DNA of 64,000 nt from the NCBI RefSeq assembly GCF_006345805.1, contig NC_043011.1, positions 49,550,464-49,614,463 on the forward strand, read 5' to 3'. This document shows positions 51,588 through 64,000 of the stretch, in pieces; within the stretch, counting starts at the first letter, position 1, and each line of letters starts with the position of its first letter. The stretch is from Octopus sinensis (Eukaryota). The position numbers and the translations under genes are program-made. The notes under the pieces are model-generated. The model worked only from the letters and a program-made list of their open reading frames with translations. It had not been told where the DNA came from and did no database searches.

Positions 51588-51979
51588 ACATATTTACAAG
51601 TGGAAGTTTTTCCCCCCACTTTTCCTCTTCCTGATCTTGTTCTGTCTTGTAAGTCTCTTGGCAGCTTCACCAAAGTAAGTGCCAGCAGCACATAAAACGC
51701 AGCCAGTACACTCTGTAAAGAGGCTGGCATTAGGAGTGGCATCAATCCACAGAAAACATGCCAAAGCAGACACTGAAGCCTGACACAGAGCCTGCTAGCA
51801 TGGAGAAACCATACATTAACCTTTACCAAACTGATTTGCCCCTAGAATTGTTTTCCCTGCCAATGCCTTTTTTTCTTTTTCTGAGGGAGCAAAACATCTG
51901 AATACTTACAGAGTTAAAATTGTTATAGCTTTGTTGTATTGTGTTTACAGACTTGATTTTTTTTTTATATACTAATATA

Positions 51980-53746
51980 GTTTCTACGGCTGGATGCCCT
52001 TCCTAACGCCAACCACTCCGAGAGTGTAGTGGGTGCTTTTTACGTGCCAACAGCACAGGGGCCCAGTCAGGCAGTACTGGTAATGACCTCGCTCGAATCT
52101 TTTTGCATGTGCCACCGGCACAGGTACCAGTGAAGCGACGTTGGTAACGATCACGCTTGAATGGTGCCACTCTGCCAGATCAAGACTGGAGCTTGGTGCA
52201 GTCATCTGGTTTGCCAGCCCTCAGTCAAAATTCGTCCAACCCATGCTAGCATGGAAAACAGACGTTAAATGATGATGATGATGACTTATATAGGAATAGA
52301 TGAATAATATTCTGATGTAATACATATTGTTTTGTATTCACATTCTAACATTGAAAAGAGAATAAAAAACCATAGCATAAAATGCAAATGTGTTGACATA
52401 AACAGCACAATTTAGGCAAGAAGGCCTGATTTCAAAGATTGTGTGCCTCATCATCATCATTTAACGCCCGCTTTCCATGCTAGCATGGGTTGGACGGTTC
52501 GACCGGGGATCTGGGAAGCCAGAAGGCTGCACCAGGCTCCAGTCTTATCTGGCAATGTTTCTACAGCTGGATGCCCTCCTAACGCCAACCACTCCGAGAG
52601 TGTAGTGGGTGCTTTTTACGTGCCAACAGCACAGGGGCCAGTCAGGCAGTACTGGTAATGACCTCGCTCGAATCTTTTTGCATGTGCCACCGGCACAGGT
52701 ACCAGTGAAGCGACGTTGGTAACGATCACGCTTGAATGGTGCCACTCTGCCAGATCAAGACTGGAGCTTGGTGCAGTCATCTGGTTTGCCAGCCCTCAGT
52801 CAAAATTCGTCCAACCCATGCTAGCATGGAAAACAGACGTTAAATGATGATGATGATGACTTATATAGGAATAGATGAATAATATTCTGATGTAATACAT
52901 ATTGTTTTGTATTCACATTCTAACATTGAAAAGAGAATAAAAAACCATAGCATAAAATGCAAATGTGTTGACATAAACAGCACAATTTAGGCAAGAAGGC
53001 CTGATTTCAAAGATTGTGTGCCTCATCATCATCATTTAACGCCCGCTTTCCATGCTAGCATGGGTTGGACGGTTCGACCGGGGATCTGGGAAGCCAGAAG
53101 GCTGCACCAGGCTCCAGTCTTATCTGGCAATGTTTCTACAGCTGGATGCCCTCCTAACGCCAACCACTCCGAGAGTGTAGTGGGTGCTTTTTACGTGCCA
53201 ACAGCACAGGGGCCAGTCAGGCAGTACTGGTAATGACCTCGCTCGAATCTTTTTGCATGTGCCACCGGCACAGGTACCAGTGAAGCGACGTTGGTAACGA
53301 TCACGCTTGAATGGTGCCACTCTGCCAGATCAAGACTGGAGCTTGGTGCAGTCATCTGGTTTGCCAGCCCTCAGTCAAAATTCGTCCAACCCATGCTAGC
53401 ATGGAAAACAGACGTTAAATGATGATGATGATGACTTATATAGGAATAGATGAATAATATTCTGATGTAATACATATTGTTTTGTATTCACATTCTAACA
53501 TTGAAAAGAGAATAAAAAACCATAGCATAAAATGCAAATGTGTTGACATAAACAGCACAATTTAGGCAAGAAGGCCTGATTTCAAAGATTGTGTGCCTCA
53601 TCATCATCATTTAACGCCCGCTTTCCATGCTAGCATGGGTTGGACGGTTCGACCGGGGATCTGGGAAGCCAGAAGGCTGCACCAGGCTCCAGTCTTATCT
53701 GGCAATGTTTCTACAGCTGGATGCCCTTCCTAACGCCAACCACTCC
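51980..53746. repeat. 575-bp tandem repeat, about 3 copies
   Basis: Identical ORFs at 52443/53018 and 52545/53120; unit is two inverted family D ends plus an AT-rich spacer. Confidence 0.95.
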
Positions 53747-53774
53747 GTCGTGAGTGTAGTGGGTGCTTTTTTAC

Positions 53775-54265
53775 GTGCCACCTGCACAGGTGCCAGGCGA
53801 GGCTGGCAAACGGCCACGGTCGGATTGGTGCATTTTACGTGCCACCAGCACAGGTGCCAGGCGAGGCTGGCAAACGGCCACGGTCGGATTGGTGCATTTT
53901 ACGTGCCACCAGCACAGGTGCCAGGCGAGGCTGGCAAACGGCCACGGTCGGATTGGTGCATTTTACGTGCCACCAGCACAGGTGCCAGGCGAGGCTGGCA
54001 AACGGCCACAGTCGGATTGGTGCATTTTACGTGCCACCAGCACAGGTGCCAGGCGAGGCTGGCAAACGGCCACGGTCGGATTGGTGCATTTTACGTACCA
54101 CCAGCACAGGTGCCAGGCGAGGCTGGCAAACGGCCACGGTCGGATTGGTGCATTTTACGTACCACCAGCACAGGTGCCAGGCGCGGCTGGCAACGTGCCA
54201 CCAGCACAGGTGCCAGGCGAGGCTGGCAAACGGCCACAGTCGGATTGGTGCATTTTACGTGCCAC
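53775..54265. repeat. 64-bp minisatellite, about 8 copies, derived from family D
   Basis: gtgccaccagcacaggtgccaggcgaggctggcaaacggccacggtcggattggtgcattttac at 53839, 53903 and onward. Confidence 0.95.
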
Positions 54266-56091
54266 CGGCACGGAAGCCAGTCGAGGCGGCGCTGGCATCG
54301 ACTGGCTTCCGTGCCGGTGGCACGTAAAATGCACCAATCATCGTGAGTAAATAAACCTCGTCGTGAGTAAATAAACAACAAAAATGGCATCGGAAAACGG
54401 ATGTTTAGCCTGGTTCTGAATTGAAAGTAGGCCGATTCCAGCTTGAAGTAGCAAAAATAAAAAAAACTTTGCAAAGTGTTTATTTCAAGCACCCCCCACT
54501 CAAGGCAACATGAAGCACCTGGAGCTACAGTAGAGACAACATGTAGGGGGGTTGAAAAAATTGTGACGAAAGTGTGGAGAAGGTTAAAGAAGGAACTCTA
54601 CAAATGAACCTTGCATCCACAGCGACATTATCCAATATTTCCAATCCATGCAGGGGTGGCTGTGTGGAAAAAAATGCTTGTTTTTCCAACCACATGGTTT
54701 GTGGTCATCCCACTGTGAAGCAAGTGCTTTCTACTATAGCCCTTGTAACTGGATATGATAGGTCGAAACTGAAAGAAACGTGTATGTGTTTGTGTGCATG
54801 TGTGTACACGGGTTTGTGTGCATGTCTTTGGGTACATTTTTGTGTGTGTGTGTGTGCGCATGTGTAGTGCACTTTTTGTGTGCATGTGTGTACACGTGTT
54901 TGTGTGCATGTCTGTGTACATTTGTGTGTGTGTGTGTGTGCGCATGTGTAGTGCACTTTTTGTGTGCATGTGTGTACACGTGTTTGTGTGCATGTCTGTG
55001 TACATTTGTGTGTGTGTGTGTGTGTGTGTGTGCGCATGTGTTTGTTATTTCTTTATTGCCCACAAGGGGCTAAACATAGAGGGGACAAACAAGGACAAAT
55101 GGATTGTCGATTACATCAACCCTAGTACGTAATCATCATCATCATCATCAACGTCCGCTTTCCATGCTAGCATGGGTTGGACGGTTCAACTGGGGTCTGG
55201 GAAGCCAGAGGGCTGCACCAGGCCCAGTCTGATCTGGCAGTGTTTCTACAGCTGGATGCCCTTCCTAACGCCAACCACTCCGTGAGTGTAGTGGGTGCTT
55301 TTTACATGCCACCGGCACAGGTGCCAGACGAGGCTGGCAAACGGCCACGAATCGGATGGTGCTTTTTACATGCTACCAGCACGGAGACCAGACAAAGCTG
55401 GCAATGGCCACGAATCGGATGGTGCTTTTTACATGCTACCAGCACGGAGACCAGACAAAGCTGGCAATGGCCACGAATCGGATGGTGCTTTTTACGTGCC
55501 ACCGGCGCATAACTGGTACTTAATTTATCAACCCCTGAAAGGATGAAAGGCAAAGTCGACCACGGCGGAATTTGAACTCAGAAGGTAGCGGCAGACGAAA
55601 TAACACTAAGCATTGCGCCCGGCGTGCTAACGTTTCTGCCAGCTCGTGCACTACATGTTTGTGCATGTGTGTTTGTGCATGTGTGTTTGTGCATGAGTGT
55701 TTGTGCATGAGTGTGTGTAAGCGTTTGTGCACACGCATGGGTGTGCGCGTGTTACTGCCTCCTAGCCTTGACATTGTGTGATAGCTGTAAACAAGAGTCA
55801 CTGTCATGTAAGCAGTCTGCTTCAATACCAATCTTCCATGTCTGGTCGGGGTGGGGGGTGGGGGGATGGGGGGGATGGGGGGGGTAAATATTATCGTTGC
55901 TGGCAAGGGTTGGTGACAGGAAGGGCACCTGGCCATAGAAAATCTGTCTCAAAAAAAATTCCTTTCAACCCATGCGAGCAGGGGAAAAAAGAAAACATTT
56001 AACAAATGACAACGACAAAGTCTTCCCCTTCTTAGGATGCTCGAATGAGGCTAAAAAGGGAGTTCCCAGCTTCATCTGTTACCTTGTTTAA

Positions 56092-56305
56092 CCCTTCCGT
56101 TACCATATTTATTTTGAGATGCTCTGTGCTTCTTTCAATTAATTTTAAATATACCAAAGAATTTAGTAAAATAACTTAGTCATCATTCAGCTAGTGTTAG
56201 GAACATAAATTATGACTAAGGTTCGGTGGAAGATTTTAATTCAATACTTATGAAAACGAGACATTTGTACTACAGAGCCAGAGGCGGTTTTGGCCAGGTT
56301 GGTAT
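56092..56305. mobile_element. Partial TTAA-type MITE, second family
   Basis: TTAA|CCCTTCCGTTACC end; reverse-complement relatives at about 30600-30784 and 40165-40685 ending GTAATGAAAGGG|TTAA. Confidence 0.6.
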
Positions 56306-56824
56306 CAATGCTTCTACCTGTCATGTTGGGTACCTTGTTAGCTAAGCACCCCACTCCTCCACACACTTGTTTTGTGTGGGGCTTAGCTAAAAAGTCTCTT
56401 GGTTTAAGAATACCGTCCTCCCACCCTCCCACAAGTATCAGTAGGGGGACTTTCTAGGTGCAATCCCAAGATCATTCATGACCAAAGGAGGTCTTTACTA
56501 TTTTATTGATCCTGACAGGGCTTGAACTTAATATGCATTTAGTCAGGCACTCTACCTATTATTCAATACCCAACACACATTACTGATGGTCTCTGCCAAA
56601 GTAAAACTATAACCATTATGAATAATGATGGTGATTGGAATTTTAATGACCGAGCCCCCCACCCCCGGACTTAACAGGTACTATATGCCTTGACACCCAG
56701 AAAAAAAAAACGATGACATCAGTGTGGTTTCAACTCAGAACCTAGAGTGTCAGAGGAAATACCACATGGTATTGGGTATAATAATGCTCTACCAAACCAC
56801 TGGCTCCGCTACTTGAAGCATATT

Positions 56825-56961
56825 TTATTTTATCAATTCCACCAAAAAGCCTTATTTTATCAATTCCACCAAAAAGCCTTATTTTATCAATTCCACCAAA
56901 AAAGCCTTATTTTTATCAATTCCTTCAAAAAGCCTTATTTTATCAATTCCACCAAAAAGCC
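56825..56961. repeat. 27-bp minisatellite x5
   Basis: ttattttatcaattccaccaaaaagcc. Confidence 0.9.
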
Positions 56962-57076
56962 TTGGAAAGATCTGAACTCATAAAAAGCAAGTACAAATAA
57001 GGCAAGACATTTTTTCTGATGCTCTTGACAATTTTTGCCAATCCAAATAATTATAGTAAAGAAGAGATGTACTTAC

Positions 57077-57132
57077 AGCCTCTTTCAACCACTTTCAAAA
57101 CATCAGACGTCCCTACATATCCAAATAAGGCC
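57077..57132 (-). CDS. DBNL: Drebrin-like protein (Abp1/HIP-55), first coding exon found (putative exon 2), ADF-H domain
   Basis: ttcatattacag|G GCC TTA TTT GGA...GGC T|gtaagt, 56 nt; translates (W)ALFGYVGTSDVLKVVERG, matching the ADF-H WALFxYxG motif of Abp1/DBNL. Confidence 0.9.
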
Positions 57133-57769
57133 CTGTAATATGAAATAAAAGAATATTATTATCATCATGATTGAAAATAGTATAATTATCATTATTATTA
57201 TTATTATCATTATTATGTGTGTACCCTTGTTGAAGACACACACACACACACACACACGATGGACTTCTTTTGGTTTCTGTTGACCAAATTCACTCACAAG
57301 GCTTATCAGTATATTAGTTGTTTAACTAAGGCATGCTTATTTTCATTAGCTCTATCTCCAAACATTGAGTACTATTGTGACATTAACATTCATATTTTAC
57401 TAATATACAGAACAGACTCACTCTCACTCACTGTACGAATGTGTGTGTGTGTGTGTGTGTGTTATTCTTAAACAAGAAAATTACTGAGAGTGGCTTTGAA
57501 GTTTCAGCCAGCTATTTGTTGGACTGCTTAGCTAGCTGAAACTTCATAGCCACTGAAAATGATAATTTTATTCATGAATAATAAATTTATATTCTACAAA
57601 AGTATAGAGTAACTCATCAGACTAATGTAAAATTCTTATTGTAACGGAGCATAAAAGCATATACATATGCACACATATATATATATATATATTATATATA
57701 TATATATGTCTAGATGTGTATGCATGAATATATACATTCACACAAATGCATATACATATACACACACAC

Positions 57770-57831
<62 letters not shown>

Positions 57832-58771
57832 GTGGATGCATGCATATATGTGTGTATATGTGTGCATTTGTGTGAATGTATATATACACACACAAAGGCA
57901 TACATACACACACATTACATACACATATATTCATGCATACACATTCTAGACAGACATACACAAACACTCACCTACAGGAGTGTGTATATGTATATAAATA
58001 GCTGTTGTCCAACTGGTCAGTCTGGTGTAGATGAGGCCGAATTGTATCAATTGACCACAACACTAATTAACATTCTTGAGCCAATTAATTAAAATATACC
58101 CAGACTGGAATGTGGCCTTCCATTGCTGTTGGTTAATGTCTGGTTTATATACACACACATATATATATATATATATGCACACACACATATATATATATAT
58201 GCACACACACACATATATATATATATATATGCACACACATATACACACGCACATATGTACACATATATATGCACATATATACGCACATACATATTTTCTT
58301 TCATCCTTTTACTCATTTGTCATTTAACCGTGGCCATGCTGGAGCACCACCTTAAAGGGTTTTTAGTCCGAAGAAATCGACCCCAGGACTTATATACTTT
58401 GTAAACCTAGTACTTATTCTATTAGTTTCTTTTGTCGAACTGCTAAGTTACATGGATGTAAACATACCAACATCAGATGTCAAGTGATGGTGGGGACACA
58501 AAGACACATAAATATATATATATATATACACACATAAATATATACATATAGACATATATATATACACATATGTAATGAGCTTCTTTCAGTTTTCATCTAC
58601 CAAAAACACTCTCAAGTCTTTGGTAAGCCCAAAACTATAGTAGAAGACACTTGCCCAAGGTGGCACATAGTGAAACTGAACACAGAAACCTGTGATGGGG
58701 AAGCAAGCTTTTTACCACACACCCACGTTTGCACCTATATATATATATATGATATATATATATATATATAT

Positions 58772-59178
58772 ACTCTTTTACTCTTTTATTTGTTTCAGTC
58801 ATTTGACTGTGGCCATGCTGGAGCACCACCTTTTGTCGAGCAAATCGACCCCAGGACTTATTCTTTGTAAGCCTAGTACTTATTCTATCGGTCTCTTTTG
58901 CCGAACCGCTAAGTTACGGGGACGTAAACACACCAGCATCGATTGTCAAGCAATGCTAGGGGGACAAACACAGACACACAAACATACACAGATACATATA
59001 TATATATACATATATACGACGGGCTTCTTTCAGTTTCCATCTACCAAATCCACTCACAAGGCATTGGTCGGCCCAAGGCTATAGCAGAAGACACTTTCCC
59101 AAGATGCCACGCAGTGGGACTGAACCCGGAACCATGTGGTTGGTTAGCAAGCTACTTACCATACAGCCACTCCTGCGC
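58772..59178 (-). mobile_element. SINE family A copy
   Basis: Same consensus; older degenerate copy directly upstream at about 58305-58735. Confidence 0.85.
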
Positions 59179-59526
59179 CAATATGTATATATATATGATC
59201 ATCATCATCATTTAATGACTTTTCCCTGCTGGCATGGGTTGGATAGTTTGACTAGGGCTGGTAAGGCCAGGGGCTGCACGAGGCTTCATTGTCTATTTTG
59301 GTATGGATTTTGTGACTGGATGCCCTTCTTAAAACCAACCACTCCATAGAGTGTGCTGATACATTTTATATGGCACCAGCACCAGTGATTTTAATGATGC
59401 ACCAGGGTATCAATTCTGCTGAGGTGCACGTGTCTTCTTCAGTGCAACAATGCACCAGATATATCGGCCCTTAATCATCTCCTTCGTAAGGCTCTGTGTA
59501 CACACACACACACATATACATAAGCA

Positions 59527-59560
<34 letters not shown>

Positions 59561-60162
59561 TTTATATCTTTGTCTCTAATGCACTATTTGACAACCAGTG
59601 TTGGCCTGTCTATGCCACCCCTTTCCCTGGAACTTAGTGGTTCAGCAAAAAGAGAATGAATAAGTACTAGGCTTAAGCAAAAAGAGAGAAAATAAAAGTA
59701 CTTAGGGGACCCAGTAATGCTGCAATCTAATGACTGAAACAAGTAAAAGGTAAATGTGTGTGGTGTGTGTGTTTCTTCCACTTTCTGTCTTGCAAAAATC
59801 CACAATTCACTTCCAAGGTTTTGGCCAGCACAGGGCTATAGCAGAAGACACTAACGCTAGGTGTCATGTAGTGGGACTGAACCCCAAGACACATGGTTAT
59901 GGAGCATGCTTCTTTACCGCACTACCAGATCTGCGCTAGTATGTATTTATAGACAAGCGCTTGAATGTGCAAACTGGCATATGTGCAGCAAGGGTGTACA
60001 TGCACCTAACTGACACAGTGTGTATATGTCTGTTCAGTGTGCATATGCACACGTGTGTGTGTGTGTGGCTATGTATGTGTATGTGAGTGTCTATACCATA
60101 CGAATGTGTACGTGAAAATGTTGATGCACTTGCAAAGGAAAAATAAAGAAACAGCATGAATA

Positions 60163-60568
60163 GGCGCAGGTGTGACTGTGTGGTAAGTAGCTTGCTAACT
60201 AACCACATGGTTCTGGGTTCAGTCCCACTGCGTGGCATCTTGGGCAAGTGCCTTCTGCTATAGCCCTGGGCCGACTAATGCCTTGTGAGTGGATTTGGTA
60301 GATGGAAACTGAAAGAAGCTTGTCGTATATATATATATATGTATGTGTGTGTTTGTGTGTCTGTGTTTGTCCCCCTAGCATTGCTTGACAACCGATGCTG
60401 GTGTGTTTACGTCCCCGTCACTTAGCGGTTCGGCAAAAGAGACCGATAGAATAAGTACTGGGCTTACAAAGATTAAGTCCTGGTGTCGATTTGCTCGACT
60501 AAAAGGCGGTGCTCCAGCATGGCCGCAGTCAAATGACTGAAACAGGTAAAAGAGTAAGAGAGTAAAGA
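60163..60568 (+). mobile_element. SINE family A copy
   Basis: Full head to (aaagag)n tail; another copy at about 62505-62890 (-). Confidence 0.85.
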
Positions 60569-60927
60569 GAGAATGGATGTGGGTGGGACAACGAGCATAA
60601 GTGTGCATGCGCGTGCACTTGAATCTAAGTATGTGAAGGTTTGTGCATGAACTGTGATTGTGCATGAGTGAGTCTAGGTGGCTGTGGGGTAAGAAGCTTG
60701 CTTCCAAACCAAATGGTTCCATGTTCAGTACTACTGTGTGGCACCTTGGGCAAGTATCTTCTACTATAGCCTCAGGCTGACCAAAGCCTTGAGAGGGTTT
60801 GGTAGACGGAAACTGAAGGAAACCCATCATGTATGTATGTATATATAATGTCCCGTCCTGTGGTTCTTGTGTCGTCTCTGTGGTGTTTCATGTTCTTGTC
60901 CATGTCTGTAATTAATTTTACTGTTTA

Positions 60928-60961
<34 letters not shown>

Positions 60962-60980
60962 ACCATATATATATATATCA

Positions 60981-61305
60981 CCATCAAAATACAGGTCCAG
61001 ATACTGCAAGAGCTCGGGTTTCAGAGGACCACAGCTCTTTAACATCCTCCCTAAATGCCTGAGAGACTTGCATGGTGTGGATGTGGGTTTCTTTAAAACT
61101 AAACTGGATCTCTTCTTGTCGGAGGTCCCAGATGAACCTACCTCACGACAGGAGACACAGATGCGGGCAGCGGCATCGAACTCCCTTGTCGATCAAGTGC
61201 CACGTATCAGTAGTGGATTCACATATTAGTGTAGCTCATTCAGTGGTGGTGCCCCAGCATGGCCGCGGCCTTCGGGCTAAAACATTTTTAAGGATTTTTA
61301 AGGAT
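60981..61305 (+). mobile_element. 5'-truncated 3' end of a CR1/L2-group LINE
   Basis: Open frame 60981-61229 reads ...GFRGPQLFNILPKCLRDLHGVDVGFFKTKLDLFLSEVPDEP...RAAASNSLVDQ...*; short 3' UTR and (tttttaagga)2 tail. Confidence 0.78.
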
Positions 61306-61585
61306 GTGTGTGTGTGGGTGTGTGTGTGTGTGTGTCTGTGTGTGTGTCTTTGGGTCTGTCTCCCCAGCATCACTTGACAACCAATGTTGGTGTGTATATT
61401 CCCCGTAACTTAGCGGTTCGGCAAAAGAGACCAATAGAATAAGTACTGGGCTGACAAAGAATAAGTCCTGAGGTCGATTTCTTCGACTACAAAAAAAAAA
61501 AAAAAAAAAACCCCAAGGCAGTGCTCCAGCATGGCAGTAGCCAAATGACTGAAACATGTAAAAGAAAAAAGGAATATATATATAA

Positions 61586-61624
<39 letters not shown>

Positions 61625-61929
61625 TTGGTGCACAGTTCTATATATAGTAGCAGCAACAGCAGCACAAAGGCACCCCTTATGGCGAAGGGAGTTGAGAAAT
61701 GAGAACTAAACAACCACCCTGCCACCCACAAGACAATGTTCAGTGTTTACTTCTATAAATCTGTCTGTGTGTCCTAACACCAAAACCTCTTCACTAACAG
61801 ACAGACAAACTCTTCACTTTTACTTCTTTTTTTCTTTCATTTTTATCGTATTTTTTTTTCTGCTTATTTATTTATTTATTTATAATTCCAAGCACAAATA
61901 ATAGTATTCCCATGTGTTGTGGATGATGG

Positions 61930-62460
61930 TATAGGTGACAGAAGTGGTGGTGGAGTTGGTGGTAGTAGTGATGGTGGTAGTAGTAGTAGTGGGGGTGGGG
62001 GTGGGTGGCGACAGTGGTAATGGTATTCATGGTGGTACTGTTAATGGTGTTGCTGATGGTAGTGGTGGTGTTGTAGATAGTGGTGGTGGTTGTAGTGGTG
62101 GTCATGGTGGTGGTGGTGGTTGTAGTGGTGGTCATGGTGGTGGTGGTGGTTGTAGTGGTGGTCATGGTGGTGGTGTTGTAGAAGGTGGTGGTGGTGTTGT
62201 AGATAGTGGTGGTGGTTGTAGTGGTGGTGACAGTGGTGGTCATGGTGGTGGTGTTGTAGAAGGTGGTAGTGGTGATTTTGGTGGTGCTGACAGTAGTGTT
62301 GATGACAGTGGTGTTGGTGGTGGTCATGGTGTTGCTGGTGGTGGTGATGGTGGTGGTGACGGTAGAGGTGGTGTTGTAGGTACAGTGTTGTAGGTGGTGG
62401 TGGTGGTGGTGTTAGGAATGTTGGTCGTTATGTCCATGGTGATGATGGTGATCACGAAGA
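61930..62460. repeat. (GGT)n-based low-complexity tract
   Basis: Includes 30-bp repeats ggtggtggttgtagtggtggtcatggtggt; source of the Gly-rich and Thr-rich ORFs. Confidence 0.85.
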
Positions 62461-63212
62461 TGACGCCATTAGTAGTGATGTTGGCGTTCCTGGTTAATCC
62501 CTGGTGGTAGCCATTTGACTGCAGCCATGCTGGAGCACCACCTTGAAGGGTTTTACTCAAACAAATCAACCCCAGAACTCATTTCTTGACCCTACTACTT
62601 GTTCTATCAGACTCTTTTGCCGAACTGCTAAATTACAGGGATGTAAACACACCAACACTGGTTGTCAAATGGTGATGAGGGGAGAAACACAGACACAAAG
62701 ACACACACACATATGTACATGCATATATATACACAATGGGCTTCTTTCAGTTTCCGACAACCAAATCCACTCACAAGGCTTTTGCTTGGCCCAAGGCTGT
62801 AGTAGAAGACACTTGCCCAAGGTGCCATGCAGTGGGACTGAACCCAGAACCATGTGGTTGGGAAGCAAGCTTCTTACCAAACAGCTACGCCAAAGATGGT
62901 AATTGTCGCTTAGTCGTGATTTAGTGAACCCCTAATCAAAGACACTCCAACCATGTCTCTTCCATCTTCATTTCAGGCATAATGTACTCCAGGAAGACAT
63001 TATACAACACATGCCCTTTTTCAAAAGAGCCGTCAATGGGCTGTGGCTTGAGGGAGATTTGACTGCTGCTTCCAAAGACGTTACGCATGCTACTCTCATG
63101 GTTAAACTCCACTGTAGTGGTGGTAAGCAGGGCTGGCCCTGATGTTAGTAGTGGCGGCAGAGAAGGAGGAGGCGCATGGCGGTGGTGGAGGGGTCGTGGT
63201 GATGGAGGAGAC

Positions 63213-63445
63213 AATGGGCTGTGGATTGAGGGAGATTTGACTGCTGTTTCCATGGGCTGTGGCTTGAGGGAGATTTGACTGCTGTTTCCAATGGGCTGTG
63301 GCTTGAGGGAGATTTGACTGCTGTTTCCAATGGGCTGTGGCTTGGGGGAGATTTGACTGCTGTTTCCAATAGGCTGTGGCTTGGGGGAGATTTAACTGCT
63401 GTTTCCAATGGGCTGTGGCTTGAGGGAGATTTGACTGCTGTTTCC
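63213..63445. repeat. 39-bp minisatellite x6 inside a local duplication
   Basis: aatgggctgtggcttgagggagatttgactgctgtttcc; flanking block at about 63035-63212 is repeated at about 63407-63600. Confidence 0.9.
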
Positions 63446-63936
63446 AAAGACTTCACGCATGCTCCTCTCATGGTTAAACTCCACTGTAGTGGTGGTTTCC
63501 GTAATGCTAAGCAGGGCTGGCCCTGATGCTAGAAGTGGAGGCAGAGAGTGGAGGAGGCGCATAGCGGCGGTGGCGGAGGGGACGTGGTGATGGAGGAGAT
63601 ATGTAACGGTGAGGGTGGTGGAGGAGACATGTAACGGTGGCGCTGCCGGTGGGGTTGGCAGGGGGGGTGGTTCGTTGGAGGAAACAAATAAAGAAAGACA
63701 AAAGACTGAAAAGAGAGACAGCTAGGGTGAGGATGTTATATTGTTTATCACCACCACCATCACAACCTAACGGAAAATGTGTCATATCATGAACTACTAA
63801 GGAATTAAAAGTAAAAGGAAGTAGATATAGTTCTAGTGCATAAACTTGATATGTACACACACACACAAACACACACACATACATGTATATATACACCCAA
63901 ACAGACACACACACACACCTGTTTGTGTATTGTGTA

Positions 63937-63986
<50 letters not shown>

Positions 63987-64000
63987 TATACATATATATA

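Noticed and set aside
53627-54350. 239-aa repetitive ORF; the array superficially resembles CRISPR
   Set aside because: 64-bp tandem repeat of a SINE-like segment with no unique spacers; eukaryotic context and no cas genes.
61872-62569. Mucin-like Thr-rich and Gly-rich ORFs
   Set aside because: (GGT)n low-complexity tract running into a SINE; no splice or signal-peptide support.
62951-63030. Possible DBNL exon 1 (...MPEMKMEETW with TG|gttgga)
   Set aside because: Phase fits, but the donor is weak and the peptide does not resemble the Abp1 N-terminus.
63145-63526. 13-aa repeat ORFs (ETAVKSPSSHSPL)
   Set aside because: 39-bp minisatellite open on both strands because the unit is a multiple of 3.

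Overview
AT-rich, microsatellite- and SINE-dense animal DNA. The repeat families and (TA)n/(CA)n/(AAT)n load point to an octopus (coleoid cephalopod), which is inference only. One protein-coding gene is well supported: a drebrin-like/Abp1 gene (DBNL; ADF-H domain, coiled coil, Pro/acidic linker, C-terminal SH3) on the minus strand. I traced 11 coding exons by hand between 57132 and 22750, all with GT-AG boundaries and consistent phases (1372 nt). The first coding exon was not found and probably lies beyond 64000. Nearly all ORFs in the supplied track are microsatellite or SINE translations. The rest of the window is repeats: several tRNA-derived SINE families, a Tx1-like LINE fragment, a CR1/L2-type LINE 3' end, non-autonomous Helitrons, TTAA/piggyBac-type MITEs, a 5S rRNA copy, tandem arrays and foldback palindromes. 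The most interesting signal is a set of minimal type I hammerhead-ribozyme-like motifs from at least four sequence families, mostly in inverted-repeat elements. One family is a composite of tRNA-like Pol III head + (AAT)n + hammerhead-bearing tail, present twice as head-to-head palindromes, which suggests a Penelope-mobilised, ribozyme-carrying SINE. Also notable: a 3' stem-loop shared between a LINE and the commonest SINE, a 5S-SINE chimera, and a pre-miRNA-like hairpin in DBNL intron 1. Repeat boundaries are approximate; no alignments or folding were computed.
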